NCBI GenBank assembly: GCA_964016885.1
Contig: OZ024744.1
Coordinates: 67,270,001 to 67,334,000, forward strand
Origin: Eledone cirrhosa
Taxonomy: Eukaryota
Direction of reading: 5' to 3'
DNA: 64,000 nucleotides
Made by a program: the position numbers and the translations under genes. Below, piece by piece: positions 41,712-54,576 of this stretch; position 1 is the stretch's first letter, and each line of letters starts with the position of its first letter. The notes below the pieces were generated by a model. That model searched no databases. It had not been told where the DNA came from and saw only the letters and a list, made by a program, of their open reading frames with translations.

Positions 41712-42821
41712 ACTAGGGCTATAACACCCCACTTGCCGATTTTGCAATGGGTAACCCCTGCTTGCCAAGGAAGACGTAAGATCTTCTTTGTATTCTTTTA
41801 TCGCTTCGTTTATTTCCTTCCCCCCCTCTCTCCTTTGTCCTTCTACCCCAGCTCTTCTCCTTTGTCGGCGTCTTTTCTCGCCCACCCGAGGCTGCCCTTT
41901 GGCCCCATGTAGCCTTAGTACCCCCACCACCCCCTCCCCTAGTCTATGATAGATTTGGCGGACTCCGCCCTTTATAGCAGTTGGCTTAGACCCCAGATAC
42001 TTGCCCCCTTTTTCCGACCGCTCCCACTATTCTCTGTGCCCTCTATATTTCTTAGTGGCACTTATGCCTTATTTTTTCGTTTCAGTATTTCTTGCTTCGC
42101 TTTTCTTCTGGGCGGGGTGGATTCTGAATTTATTTCTCCGTATTCTACCTTTATTTCGTACGAACCTTCATGTAGCTTGTTTTAGATCTTTTAGAGTTAG
42201 CATTAGTATATATTTTTCTCGGGACTCAGAATTATTATCTCGTACAAGTTCACTTTGCTGCACTGGGTCGTTGCTGGCCCGGGATGGAAGCCTTTATTGT
42301 TTATTTCGTGGTAGTCTCTTTAGTATTTTGGCCCCTTTTGTTGACCCGTCACCGTATCATTTACGTACTTATACCTCTTAAAAGGGTCCTTGCCTATTTC
42401 GTCCCACCTAGTTCTTTTACTTATTTCGTTATTTATTTATTTATTTATTTATTTACTTCTTTCTTTCTTTCTTTATTTTATTCTAGCCTAACAATAGCCT
42501 GACACCTAGGTCGTAGAATTTAATTTACTTTACTTTTTTCTTTACACTTATTTGCTTTTCTTCACTCTCAGTATTTTTTCTTTCCTATTTCTACCCCCCA
42601 TTGTTCTACCTACCGTTCCGACTTCCTCCCCCTCCCCCTCCCCTGTATCTTCTTTGACCTCATGCCCAGCTGTAGCTGGCACTACCAACGCTTGATTGGG
42701 TCTACTCCACCCCCTCCCCTCTTTCTCCTACTGGCAGGTTTAGCCACCATCTCCCCCTACTAATTTGCAACCACAGAATTACTACTGATTTTTGACAATC
42801 ACTTTGACCATATATGGAATT

Positions 42822-42915
42822 ACCCCTTGAGAAGATCGGCTATTTAAATACCAGGATAAATTTTCATTTAGTCCAGAATTAGCCGTCGAAACGGCTTGAG
42901 CTCAGCTGTCGGGGT
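42822..42915 (+). ncRNA. Type I hammerhead with U3-A8 core and large loop II (family G)
   Basis: acccc TTGAGAA ga(t)cggcta..tagccgtc GAAA cggct tgagctc agctg TC ggggt; GUC triplet ending at 42910. Confidence 0.75.
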
Positions 42916-42925
42916 CTTACTGGTT

Positions 42926-42977
<52 letters not shown>

Positions 42978-43024
42978 ACCATGTCAGTAGAATGAACCCT
43001 TCATTATTGCTCTTGTGTTGGCAT

Positions 43025-43095
43025 GTGAACAGAACTGCCGACATTAATGTAATGTTTCTGGGAGTCACTCTTCATCAGTACAGTTCACTGTTCAC
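43025..43095 (-). ncRNA. Type I hammerhead ribozyme (family H)
   Basis: Reverse complement: gtgaacagtgaactgta CTGATGA a gag tga ctc cca GAAA catta cat taatg TC ggcagttctgttcac; long stems I and III, distorted stem II. Confidence 0.65.
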
Positions 43096-43497
43096 CTGCC
43101 AAACTGTCAGAGTTAATTAAAATATATGCTGTTTTCAAAAATACACACTGACTGATCGGCCTGATTTGCATAATAGCTGACGGGCTGATCAACCAGATTG
43201 GCATATCAGCAGATCCCCTGATCAGTCAGATTTGCATATCAGCAGACTGGCCAGTCAGTTTCCTGTATACGAGCGATAAATGGCCGGCTTTGCCAAATTC
43301 AAATAAAAATAAAATTTTCGCTCTACATGGCTGAATACAATAAATGTAATCTGAGTTTTTCGAATATTAATAATAACATTCGATTCGTTTGCAATTATGC
43401 AAACAAGCCTCAATTTTATAGCCATTGCTCACAAGAGGAAAATGAAGGGTTCATTCTACTGACTTGGCTATAAAACTGAGGCTTGTTTGCATAATTG

Positions 43498-43645
43498 CCA
43501 GTGTATTACTGGTACTTTATTTTATCGACCCCGTAAGGATGAAAGGCAAAGTTAACCTCGGCGGGATTTGAACTCGGAATGGAAAGAGCCGTAACTGTGC
43601 GTCAAAGCATGGCAACCGACCCTCTACCGATACTGCCGATCTACC
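43498..43645 (-). mobile_element. Meta-like SINE
   Basis: Same family as 30626-30816. Confidence 0.8.
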
Positions 43646-43795
43646 ATATAATAATAATATATATATATATGTATATATACATATACATATATATATATAT
43701 GTATGTATGTAAAAGGTAAACAGAAATAACAACACAATTGATACAGTATATGGAAGGGGTGTATTTGGTTAACGCTTGATATAGCAGGAAGAGGG

Positions 43796-43831
43796 TCTTA
43801 ACGTTTCGGACGCTAGTCCTTCATCAGAAGA
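43796..43831 (-). ncRNA. Minimal type I hammerhead ribozyme (family I)
   Basis: Reverse complement: tctt CTGATGA a ggac tagc gtcc GAAA cg TT aaga; palindromic AACGTT stem III. Confidence 0.75.
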
Positions 43832-44130
43832 AAGAATGAGAAATAAGATAGATTGAGGGCACGGGCGGGTTGGACGGAGTGGTTAGATTAAAATAACACG
43901 TCGATTCATGTTGACATCTCCTGCAAAATTGTTGGTGCTGGCGTTTTGTGTATGATTTATTTTTTAGAAAAATGGATGATGGAGCGCGTCTATACATACC
44001 TACCTACCTGCCTACCTACCTACCTACCTACCTACCTACCTACCTACCTACCTACCTACCTACCTACCTACCTACCTACCTACCTACCTACCTACCTACC
44101 TACCTATTTACCTATTTACCTACCTACCTA

Positions 44131-44745
44131 CATACATAGATGGTGGCTGCCAACTCGTTTTCGAGTACGGCCACTACTTTATATCCATGTAGGAGAACCC
44201 CTACCAATGCGAGTGTGACTTTTTAGTCCAGCCAGCGACTTGAAAACTCTGGTACAAACACTACACTTGTGACAATTATTGACACATAGTGCTGGGCCCA
44301 TGGCACCATGTGACGACAAGTGCAGAGAGATCTCCAGATATAAAGCAATGCCTGTGCCGTGAAGCTTTTATAGTGAGCAAAGGCACTGCACAAAGCCATT
44401 CCCATTCTCTTAACCAAGATGATATTTACCAAAACGAAGAACAAGTCAACATCATTGGATACCATCAGGGTTGCAGGTGTTATATCAGAGTTTTCCTTCT
44501 CCTAGAATTCTGCCTTGACAAAGGCTAAGGGGTCATCTCTCCCGGTGATTTTGGATGGCCATTGACTCTTAAGAGCTCCTTTGCCCTTTGACAGGTTTTG
44601 TTTTTAGTCCTGCAGGATGTCCAAAGTCACCCTCCTCACCAAGAAACCTTGGTGGGGTTGCGAGTTTAGTCGCCAACGACCCGACCACGAGACAGGTTGT
44701 ACTGGGATACATGTTACCAGTAGCACCAACTGGTGACCTGACATA
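44131..44745 (-). mobile_element. Internally deleted (bipartite) RTE-derived element
   Basis: Reverse complement: RTE-like 5' UTR motif ctaggagaaggaaaactc joined to C-terminal CSVCTRVFKSLAGLKSHTR and a (TATG)/(TAGG)n tail. Confidence 0.55.
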
Positions 44746-45519
44746 ATACATACATACATACATACATACATACATACATACATACATACATACATACATA
44801 CATACATACATACATAACATAGTCAACGCTATCAGTCGCATATTTTGGCGTGGGAGACTATTTATTAAATTTAAGATGAATACTATCTCCGACAGTAATG
44901 CCACAACTACAGTCATAGTGAATAACTGGTTATTCTTCTAACTATATCTTCTGAAGACACCTTTTATTCGAATTCGTAGAGATATCCGACTAAATACATA
45001 ATTCATTTTACAAGGATTTGCTACAAACAGCATAGCTAAACACAACATCAACAAAAAAATTAAAGAAGTATCGAAGACAAACAACGAGAAAGGTAAACAA
45101 AATTTATTCAGTTGTAGCTACAGAAGAAACCGAAATTATATATCTCATTTCTCATGGAGTTGCGAACTTAATGATGATTTATTTAATTGTTATAAAATGA
45201 CAAAAAACAATCCCTCCATTGTCTATATGAACAGAATGAAGCTACACTGGGACGAAATGCACCCAGAGTTAAATTATTTCACAGCGAAACAATTACGCCA
45301 ACAAGCGACGTTTGTTGAACGTAAAAATAAGATAAATATTATTAATTGTATGTCCCCCCAGAACAAATATGGGATCAACAACACGTGCTACAGGTCGCCA
45401 TGCTACTAGACTTCCTAGCAGTCAGGTCGAACAGTGCCTTGAAACAACTATACATGTAAGAAACTTGACACCACCTGTACCATCTAAGTCTACCTCGAAT
45501 GCTGGGGAAAACACTATCG

Positions 45520-45598
<79 letters not shown>

Positions 45599-45599
<1 letters not shown>

Positions 45600-47769
45600 T
45601 CTTAAGGGGCAAGCCAAAAAACTAACCAACTGGAAATCACCAGGCCCAGATGGTGTGCAGGGGTATTGGATTAAACATTTAACATCCCTCCACCCGAAGC
45701 TGACGGGCATGTTCAATGACTGCTTGGTGTCGGGTGAGGTGCCAGAGTGGTTGACAAAAGGTACCACAGTTCTGATAATGAAAGACCGAATCAAGGGTAA
45801 TGATGTTACCAACTATAGACCTATCACATGTCTGCCCGTAATGTGGAAACTGTTGACGAGCATTGTGTCTGAGGAAATCTACCATCACCTCCACACAAAC
45901 AACTTGTTACCGGACGAACAGAAAGGATGCCGAAAGAAGTCACGTGGTACAAAGGACCAGTTGCTTATTGATAAGATGGTAATGGGGAATTGCAGGAGGA
46001 GACACACTGATCTTGCCATGGGATGGATAGACTACAGAAAGGCATTTGACATGGTGCCTCATTCCTGGATCACCAAAAGCCTGGAGATCTTCAGGGTGGC
46101 AGATAACATCAGACAGTTGCTGGGCAGGAGTATGGGGTCCTGGGAGACAGAGTTGACATCAACTGGAGTATCCTTGGGAAGCGTGAAGATCAAGAGAGGT
46201 ATCTTCCAGGGAGATAGCCTGTCCCCTCTGTTGTTTGTCCTTGCCCTGATGCCCTTGACCATTATGCTGCGAAAAGTGAGAGCAGGATACAAGTTGGGAA
46301 GGGGAGAGCTTACCATCAATCACCTCCTCTTCATGGACGATCTTAAGCTCTTCGGGAAAAGTGAGAAGGAGTTGGATGTGCTTGTTGACACTGTCCGTAT
46401 TTTCAGCAGTGATATATGTATGCAGTTTGGTATTGGTAAATGTGGAGTCATTGTGATGAAGAGGGGTAGGTTGAGCAGAAGTAACGGGATCCAGATACCA
46501 ACAGGTGAGATGATAAAGGAAATTGACTCTGAGGAAGGATACAAATATTTGGGCGTTCTGGAGGCTGATGGCATAAAGAACAAAAAAATGAAGGAATTGT
46601 TAAGAACTGAATACATTCGGAGAGTAAGGAGCGTATTGAAGTCACATCTGAACAGCAGAAATGCCATAAGCGCAGTAAATTCCCGAGCTGTGTCTATTAT
46701 TAGGTACAGTGCGGGAATTCTGAGATGGAATGTTGCTGAACAAAAAGAAATGGATAGGAAGACTAGGAAGCTATTGACTATCTACAACATGTTCCACAAG
46801 AGGAGTGATGTCGATAGACTCTACCTAAGGAGATCTGAGGGTGGAAGAGGTCTTATCAGCATAGAGGACTGTGTTCAGATGGAGAAAAACAACCTATACA
46901 AATACGTGACCTATAGTAAGGAGCCAATGCTCAGAACTGTACTGAAGGAGGGGACAGTAGGCCAGGGGATGTCCAAGGAGGAAATAACATCAAGGAGGAA
47001 GAGCAGCCTTAAGGGAAAATCCCTTCATAGTACCTTCTTTGAGAAAACTCAATTTAGAGATCCACAGACATGGAACTGGTTGAGAAGAGGAGACCTCAAA
47101 AAGGCTACAGAAGGAATGCTAATGGTTGCGCAGGAGCAGGCCCTCAAAACGAAGTGGTTGAAGCACCATATCTACAAGGAGGAGGCTAGCCCACTGTGCA
47201 GGATCTGTGGAGAGAGAGAGGAGACTGTGGCTCACATTGTGTCCGAGTGTAAACACCTAGCCCAGACCCACTATAAGGGCTGGAGACACGATGTGATGGG
47301 CAGGGTGATCCACTGGCACCTGTGCAAAGTAAACAATCTACCACATTCTGAGAAATGGTATGAGCATAGGCCAGAGGCGGTGATGGAGAACAGTCAGGTG
47401 AAGGTGCTGTGGGATTTTAGGATACAGACGGACAAAAAACTGGAACACAATAGACCTGACCTGGTGGTTGTGGACAAAGAAAAAAGATCGTGCCTGATTG
47501 TGGATGTGGCCTGCCCGTTCGACACGAGAGTGCAAGAGAAGGAGAGGGAGAAAATTAACCGATACCAGGACCTAAAGTGGGAGGTGAAAAGGATTTGGAA
47601 CTGCCATGAAGTCAAAGTGATCCCGATTGTCATAGGCGCACTGGGGACTATCTCCAAAGGTTTCCAGGGATGGTTAAAGAAAATCGGCCCCTTCACGCTT
47701 TTTGGAACGCTTCAAAAGGCATGCTTGCTTGGAACAGCAAGAACCCTCCGATACGTCCTGAATATCTGA
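45599..47769 (+). CDS. R4/Dong-like non-LTR ORF (RT + CCHC finger + PD-(D/E)xK restriction-like endonuclease), 5'-truncated but uninterrupted
   Basis: WKSPGPDGV, NYRPITCL, IDYRKAFDMVPH, GIFQGDSLSP, LFMDD, CRICGEREETVAHIVSEC, RHD, RPDLVVVD..IVDVACP; flanked by (TAA)n; element ends at ~47843. Confidence 0.92.
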
Positions 47770-47873
47770 GGCTGCAGGTAGTGGCTTGATATTCAATCCA
47801 ACGGACTTTCCAGTTAACCAACATCAATGACTGAGATTCAAGGAATAACAATAACAATAATAATAATAATAAT

Positions 47874-48366
47874 AGAAATGGTATGAGCATAGGCCAGAGG
47901 CGGTGATGGAGAACAATCAGGTGAAGGTGCTGTGGGATTTTAGGATACAGACGGACAAAAAACTGGAACACAATAGACCTGACCTGGTGGTTGTGGACAA
48001 AGAAAAAAGATCGTGTCTGATTGTGGATGTGGCCTGCCCTTTCGACACGAGAGTGCAAGAGAAGGAGAGGGAGAAAATTAACCGATACCAGGACCTAAAG
48101 TGGGAGGTGAAAAGGATTTGGAACTGCCATGAAGTCAAAGTGATCCCGATTGTCATAGGCGCACTGGGGACTATCTCCAAAAGTTTCCAGGGATGGTTAA
48201 AGAAAATCGGCCCCTTCACGCTTTTTGGAACGCTTCAAAAGGCATGCTTGCTGGGAACAGCAAGAACCCTCCGATACGTCCTGAATATCTGAGGCAGCAG
48301 GTAGTGGCTTGATATTCATTCCAACGGACTTTCCAGTTAACCAACATCAATGACTGAGATTCAAGG
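47874..48366 (+). mobile_element. Second, ~490-bp 5'-truncated copy of the same Dong-like element
   Basis: Near-identical to 47352-47843; (TAA)n on both sides. Confidence 0.9.
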
Positions 48367-48375
48367 AATAACAAC

Positions 48376-48411
<36 letters not shown>

Positions 48412-48507
48412 CAAAGAAATAATAATAATAATCGAACAAATTTTACACCACGTGCACCATCCGAGTCTACCTCGACTGTTGTGGAAAATACTATCGATAA
48501 TGATAAT

Positions 48508-48688
48508 AATTGTTTCTAGTTTTGGCACAAGGCCAGCAATTATCCAGTGCATTACTGGTACTTTATTTTATCGACCCCGTAAGGATGAAATGCAAAATTA
48601 ACCTCGACGGGATTTGAACTCAGAATGGCAAGGGCCGTAGCTCTATGCGTCAAAGAATGGCGTCCGACCCTCTACCGATACTGCCAAT
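48508..48688 (-). mobile_element. Meta-like SINE inserted in the R4-like element
   Basis: Same SINE consensus. Confidence 0.8.
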
Positions 48689-51600
48689 CAAAAGTATAAA
48701 CAATTGAAAATTTCCCTCAACGAAATCTTCCAGAGAGAAATTAATTGATGTATAAACATTTCTCTTGCTGAACGTATTAAAACGACATTATTTAATAAAA
48801 AAACAAATAATGAAATATTACTTGCTATTGACGAAATAGGGAATGAATATTTACGACGGATAAAAACCCCAACATCTTGGCAAATCAACACCTGTTTATA
48901 TGCCTTAGCAACGATAGTGAAGCACTATCTTGGTAACAACAGAGATATTAACAAGAACAAAATACCACCAAAAATACCATCATATATAACTAAAATAGAA
49001 AAAAAGATTGCTGACCTACGAAAAACCATAGGATATGTGACAATGCTCCTTACATGCAAACAAACACAAAAAAGCCTCACTCCTCACCAACAAAGAATGA
49101 AAAATAAAATAGAGACGATGTTTGGTAACAGTAGAACCAGAACTCTCCAATATAAGCTGATCACCCTCAAACAAGAATTGAGAGCTGTTAGCGAAAAACG
49201 CCGACACCTGAAGAAGGTAGATGAGAGAAAAGTGCTTAATAAAAGATTCAGACGAAACAAAACATCAGTCTATAGAGATATGAAGGGCAAAATAATAAGT
49301 GTCACTGAGGCCCCATCCCAGAAAGACATAGATTCCTTTCGGAGCAAAATATGGGGTGAAAAGAAGAATTTCAACCAAGATGCAGTGTGGCTAAAAGAAA
49401 TCCGAAAGAACTATTGCTCCTACACTACAACAAAAACACACGAAATAAGTGAGGGTACCTTTGAGACTGTGATAGGAAAACTCCAAGATAAGAAAACACC
49501 AGGAAGAGACATGATTGTCGGCTACTGGTACAAAAAACTGATATTCTATCGGAGGTATCTTGCTGACCTCTACCAACAAGTTGTTAAGTGAAATACACTT
49601 ATACCAGAATGGTTGACATTAGCACAAACATTACTGGTCCCCAAGAAAAAAGACACCCACTTGGCAAAAAACTACCGACCCATTGCATGCCAGAACCTGA
49701 TGTATAAGATGTATACAGCCTGCCTGAACCTATTCCTCCAAGATCACTGTGAAAATAATAACATCATCACAGATGAACAATCAGCTGGAAAGAAAGGGGT
49801 TTGGGGATATGCTGAACAACTCCTAATCAACAAAACTGCGATGTCGGAAGTGCAACAACTTAGGAGAAATATGGCTGCAGTCTTCCTGGACTACAGGAAA
49901 GCTTTCGATTCTGTTCCTCACTCTTGGATGATAGAGGCCCGCCAACTTGCTAAAGCCCCAAACATTATTATCAGAGCCATAGAGAAGCTGTCTTCTTCTT
50001 GGGCTACTATGCTAAGGTTAAAGACTCTATTTTCACTGATAAAATAAAATATCGCAGGGGTATATTTCAGGGAGACAGTCTCTCTGTGATATTGTTCATC
50101 TTGTCATTAAACCCCTTGTTCTTTCTGCTCAAGAAATGTGAAGGATACATCATTGGCTCACAGGAGGACAGAAATACGAACCTAACCCATAATTTCTTTG
50201 TGGATGATCTGAAACTCTATGCCAAGAACATGGATGGAATGAAGAAAAATCTTGACCTGGTTACAACGTTCTCAAAGGATATAGGAATGGAGTTTGGCCA
50301 AGATAAATGCTCATAAATGACTGTAAAGCGGGGAAAAAAAACAACCCAATCTAGCAACATTGTCATCAATGGCCTAATTTGTTCACCGATATCTGATGAG
50401 GACTGCTACAGATACCTGGGGATATATGAGAACATATCCTATAATGGTATCTGTAATAAGGAACGCATAACCAAGGAATACTACACCCGATTAAGAAAGA
50501 TTTGGTCATCGGAGCTCTTTGCGCAAAACAAAACAGTGGCTCACAACGTGTTTGCTGTGCCTGTCCTAACACCAACGTTTGGAGGACTCAATTGGACGAT
50601 AGACTAAATCCGAGCAGTTGATGTTGTAACTCGAAAAATACTAAACAACACCGGAAACTTCCACATCAACAGTAACATAGACCGCTGTTACTTGAAACGT
50701 AAGCATGGAGGCAGAGGCCTAACATCAGTCTAGACAGCATTTGAATGTCGCATCATATCCCTCCGACATCTACGAACCTCGAAGCGTAGGAGCCCGTCGT
50801 CTCTCGAGCAAGTCTATCTGCATGAAACAGATAAGATCATGAGAGTTGGGAAGGAACTCCTTGAGAGATATTCTCCGTGTGATAATCAAAAACTCACACC
50901 CAGGGAAGTCGCTCAGCAGAATCGCAGGGAATCCATGAATGAAAAACTGCATGCTTATCAGCAAAAAATCATGCATGGATATGTTGACAGGAAGCTCCAG
51001 TTTATCTTGGACCAACAACCGCTATATTGGCTCCCACTTTGAAGGATACGCTTATGCAATCCAAGAACAGGAAATTAACACGAAATACCCGATTCACAAA
51101 AGAGATAGGGATGCAGGTAAAACACTGAGATGTGATAACAAGTGCATACTCTGCAGAACCAGCATCGAAGATATCACCCATGTCATCAGCAGCTGTCCAA
51201 AGATGTCATCGCGGTACTATCTACCTATGAGGCATGATGTAGTGGCCAAAACACTGTACAATGCAATTCGTAAAAAAGATAGCCCCGATAATAAACACAT
51301 TAAAAGCTACAGCAATGTGGAAGACATACATATACATAATATGAAAGAGTACTGGTAGAATGTTCCAGTAAAAACCCCAATAAAATGCAGGCATAACAGA
51401 CCAGATATTATGATATAGGACAGGGAGAAGAAAGCATGCATAGTGGATATTAGCTGCCCAGCAGATGCCAATATAATATCAAAGATTAGCGAAAAGGAGA
51501 ATATTTATGCAGAACTGATGAGAAATCTGCAGATACTCCACCCTGATTACACCTTCAGATGTATGCCTGTGATTATTGGGGTACCGGGGTATGTTAGTAA

Positions 51601-51959
51601 CTGCCTCAATACAAATTTTGAGAAGCTAGGCTTCACAGGAACAGAAAGAACACAACTAGTTAGGAAATTACAAGTACAATCCATTAATGGAACGGTAAAA
51701 ATTTGTAAAACATTCCAAAAATTTTGGAATACAAACCATATACACATGCACACATAAAACTCAAAACATCCACATCCACGCATACAATAACATCCATATC
51801 TACACGTGCAGACATGCATACATGCATACATATCTATCTAGGTGATGCTGTGTAAATTCCAATGAGAGAGTCTTGTGTCTTTGTTAGAAACCGACTCTCT
51901 CTCTATTGGGAAAAATTTGTGACATTATAAAACCAGAACATACATACATGTACGTATTT

Positions 51960-52585
51960 GTTTTGCAAGATTGTTGATCTGAAATCGTGTGTTGAGACGG
52001 ATATTGATACATTTGGGGATGGTCATGTTGCCAGTATTGCCTATAAAAAGAAACACTCGCACCATAAGATTTTCACTTTATCTTTATTGCTCGTTATACA
52101 TTAGTTCGCTCGTCAAAGTTCTTTCGTCACACATTCTGTGACCTCATCAATGACTACCTGTTCTCTTTTGTGCCTCCTCTTCTTTCTGTTGTTTTTGTGG
52201 TGTGTTTTTCGTGATTCATGTATGCGCATGTGCAACATACATTTGTGCCATCGCTTGTGTGTGTGTGTGTCTTTTGTTTTTCATTTCTAGGTGCGCATTA
52301 TGTGTACGTATGTAGGTGGGACTTTGTAACTTTCGCTGTTTCTATATATATATATTTTTCTATTTTGTCTCCAAGTGGTTAAGTTCCGGGCTGTTACTAT
52401 TCCACTTGTGTTTTCTGCGACTATCTTCTAATTATGTATGTCGCCTCCGTAATTTGCCTGAGTTTTGCGTCAGTTTTATGTGTGGATAGGATCTTTACTT
52501 CTATTATATCTATTGAGTTTAGTGCGTTGGTATAGCACTGATGAGCTTTTCTCCTCCTTAAGTTCTCGCCAGTGTTCATCAATGC
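51960..52585 (-). mobile_element. PLE 3' fragment (family C) with HHR at 52112-52154 (TTGATGA core)
   Basis: Reverse complement: IDEHWRELKEEKSSSVLYQ..LRQITEAT; gtca TTGATGA g gtcac..gtgac GAAA gaac TT tgac. Confidence 0.8.
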
Positions 52586-52933
52586 TAAACTAATACGCTA
52601 AACTGGAAATAAACATGTGTGTGTGTCTTTGTGTGTGTGTGTGGGGGGTCTTTGTGTTTGTCATGTCTATGTCCATATATTAGAAATAGTCCAGAAAGAC
52701 GATACAGTTATGGCTTCAGTACTTTGACCAGACCAGAGGTCTGCTCAATCAGAGCTAGTCAGTCCGATCATAAACACCAACAACAATAGCCTTCAGCAAA
52801 ATATTCTAAATTATGAATATTAGAATTCAGCTTCAATAAGTTCCGTTTTCTTTTTGAGGTATTTTGTTGGTTTCTTTTTTAACTTCTGTTGTCTGTGTAA
52901 CAATGTAATACATAACAATGTAATACATATCAC

Positions 52934-53227
52934 CAGGGCCGGCGCAACCATATAAGCAAACTAGGCAGCCGCCTAGGGCATTGATCTCAGGGGCAGCATT
53001 TCTCCAAATCAACAAACATTTTGAAAAATGAGTAAATAAATTTAATTTTTAATGAGGGTCGTTTTTTATCCTTGTTTATTTCATACAGGGGAAAATAAAT
53101 ATTGAAATTTTTTTTTTTAATCTATTGTTTATAAATTTTGAAATTGATATTTTCCTGAGATGGAGGGTGCGTTGGGAGCCAGAATCTATCCTTGCCTAAG
53201 GTGCCAAATAGTCTGGCGCTGGTCCTG
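52934..53227. mobile_element. hAT-type MITE
   Basis: Imperfect TIRs cagggccggcgc / gcgctggtcctg and a perfect 8-bp TSD catatcac. Confidence 0.85.
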
Positions 53228-53929
53228 CATATCACACTGCATTGTGAAATATCCTATATATAGTGTAACGTGTGAAATGTGTAGTATATTTTACATAATC
53301 AAAATATTATGGACCCACAACACGAGACGAAGCCCAAATAAGAGGGGCAGCAACAAACTCCCTTTTGCATCAATGGCCAACCAGGGAAGACTGGCTATAG
53401 AAAGTGTAGCATCGGTAGTGGTTGTTCAGCATGGCCTCAGCCCCCCGACTGGAACACATACTAGAATAATAGAATATGTAACAATGTAATACATATGACC
53501 CTACTCTGTGAAATCTGCTCTATGTTGTATAACGTGAAGTATCATATACTAGAATTTGATTCAACCCGCTGACGTGTATGTGTATATGTGTGGGCATATG
53601 TGTATGTGCATATGCATACATTTATATGTATGAGTATATAAATATAAACGTGCAAACACAGACACACTTGCAAAAATACGCACTCACACACATACATTCA
53701 CACAAACATACATACACACACATACATTTACACAACCACAAACGTACACATATACTCACACACAGCGTAGCAAATGGAACACCAACCGCCGTTTCACGAT
53801 AGTTTTTTTCACCATCCCCTTCTTTCCTATTACACATACACACACAGACACACGCACGCACGCACGCACGCACACGCACTCACACACACACACACATTGT
53901 GTGACGAACTGACAGAATACGCTCAAATT

Positions 53930-54037
<108 letters not shown>

Positions 54038-54065
54038 ATCAAAAGATGGTTAAAAGAGTTCCATG

Positions 54066-54136
54066 TATTTTATTATGCGCATTTCAAAAACAAATATCAT
54101 CATTCAATAACATTTGTGTTTTCATCAGATAAAATA
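54066..54136 (-). ncRNA. Type I hammerhead ribozyme (family D') in the left arm of the 54032-54362 palindrome
   Basis: Reverse complement: tattttat CTGATGA [long stem II] GAAA tgcgca TA ataaaata. The right-arm copy 54257-54327 has CAAA instead of GAAA. Confidence 0.8.
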
Positions 54137-54508
54137 GGAAGACATGACATGAAGGTTAAAAAACACTTGTGGATAGTGCAGTTTTAAATCAACATATATG
54201 GTGATTTAAAACTGCACTATCCACAAGTGTTTTTTAACCTTCATATCATGTCTTCCTATTTTATCTGATGAAAACACAAATGTTATTGCATGATGATATT
54301 TGTTTTTCAAATGCGCATAATAAAATACATGGAACTCTTTTAACCATCTTTCGATCTTATATAATATGTATACTCCAGTCCTACAAACTGTAGAGTGCTT
54401 CTTATCCGATATCTGCATTGCTTTATTGTACTACAATAAAACTCACCTCCTACATATATATATATATATATATATTAAACAACACACGCATATATATATA
54501 AATATATA

Positions 54509-54576
<68 letters not shown>

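Larger units (their letters stand above)
39952..42930 (+). mobile_element. Penelope-like element: ~1-kb inverted pLTR + 5'-truncated ORF + pLTR
   Basis: 40030-41040 is the near-identical reverse complement of 41918-42930; central GIY-YIG ORF; (TA)n on both sides. Confidence 0.9.
44816..51940 (+). mobile_element. Degenerate R4-clade (RLE) non-LTR retrotransposon interrupted by Dong-like and SINE insertions
   Basis: YMNRMKLHWDEMHP..QLRQQ (45197); NYRPIACQNLMYK, FLDYRKAFDSVPH, GIFQGDSLS, FVDD, CILC..HVISSC, RHD, RPDI..DISCP (48900-51730); 3' hairpin at 51858-51910. The 5' boundary is uncertain. Confidence 0.75.

Noticed and set aside
45499-45598. MLGKTLS + poly-Ile N-terminus of the 756-aa ORF
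   Set aside because: It is read-through of the (TAA)n target site, not part of the retrotransposon protein.
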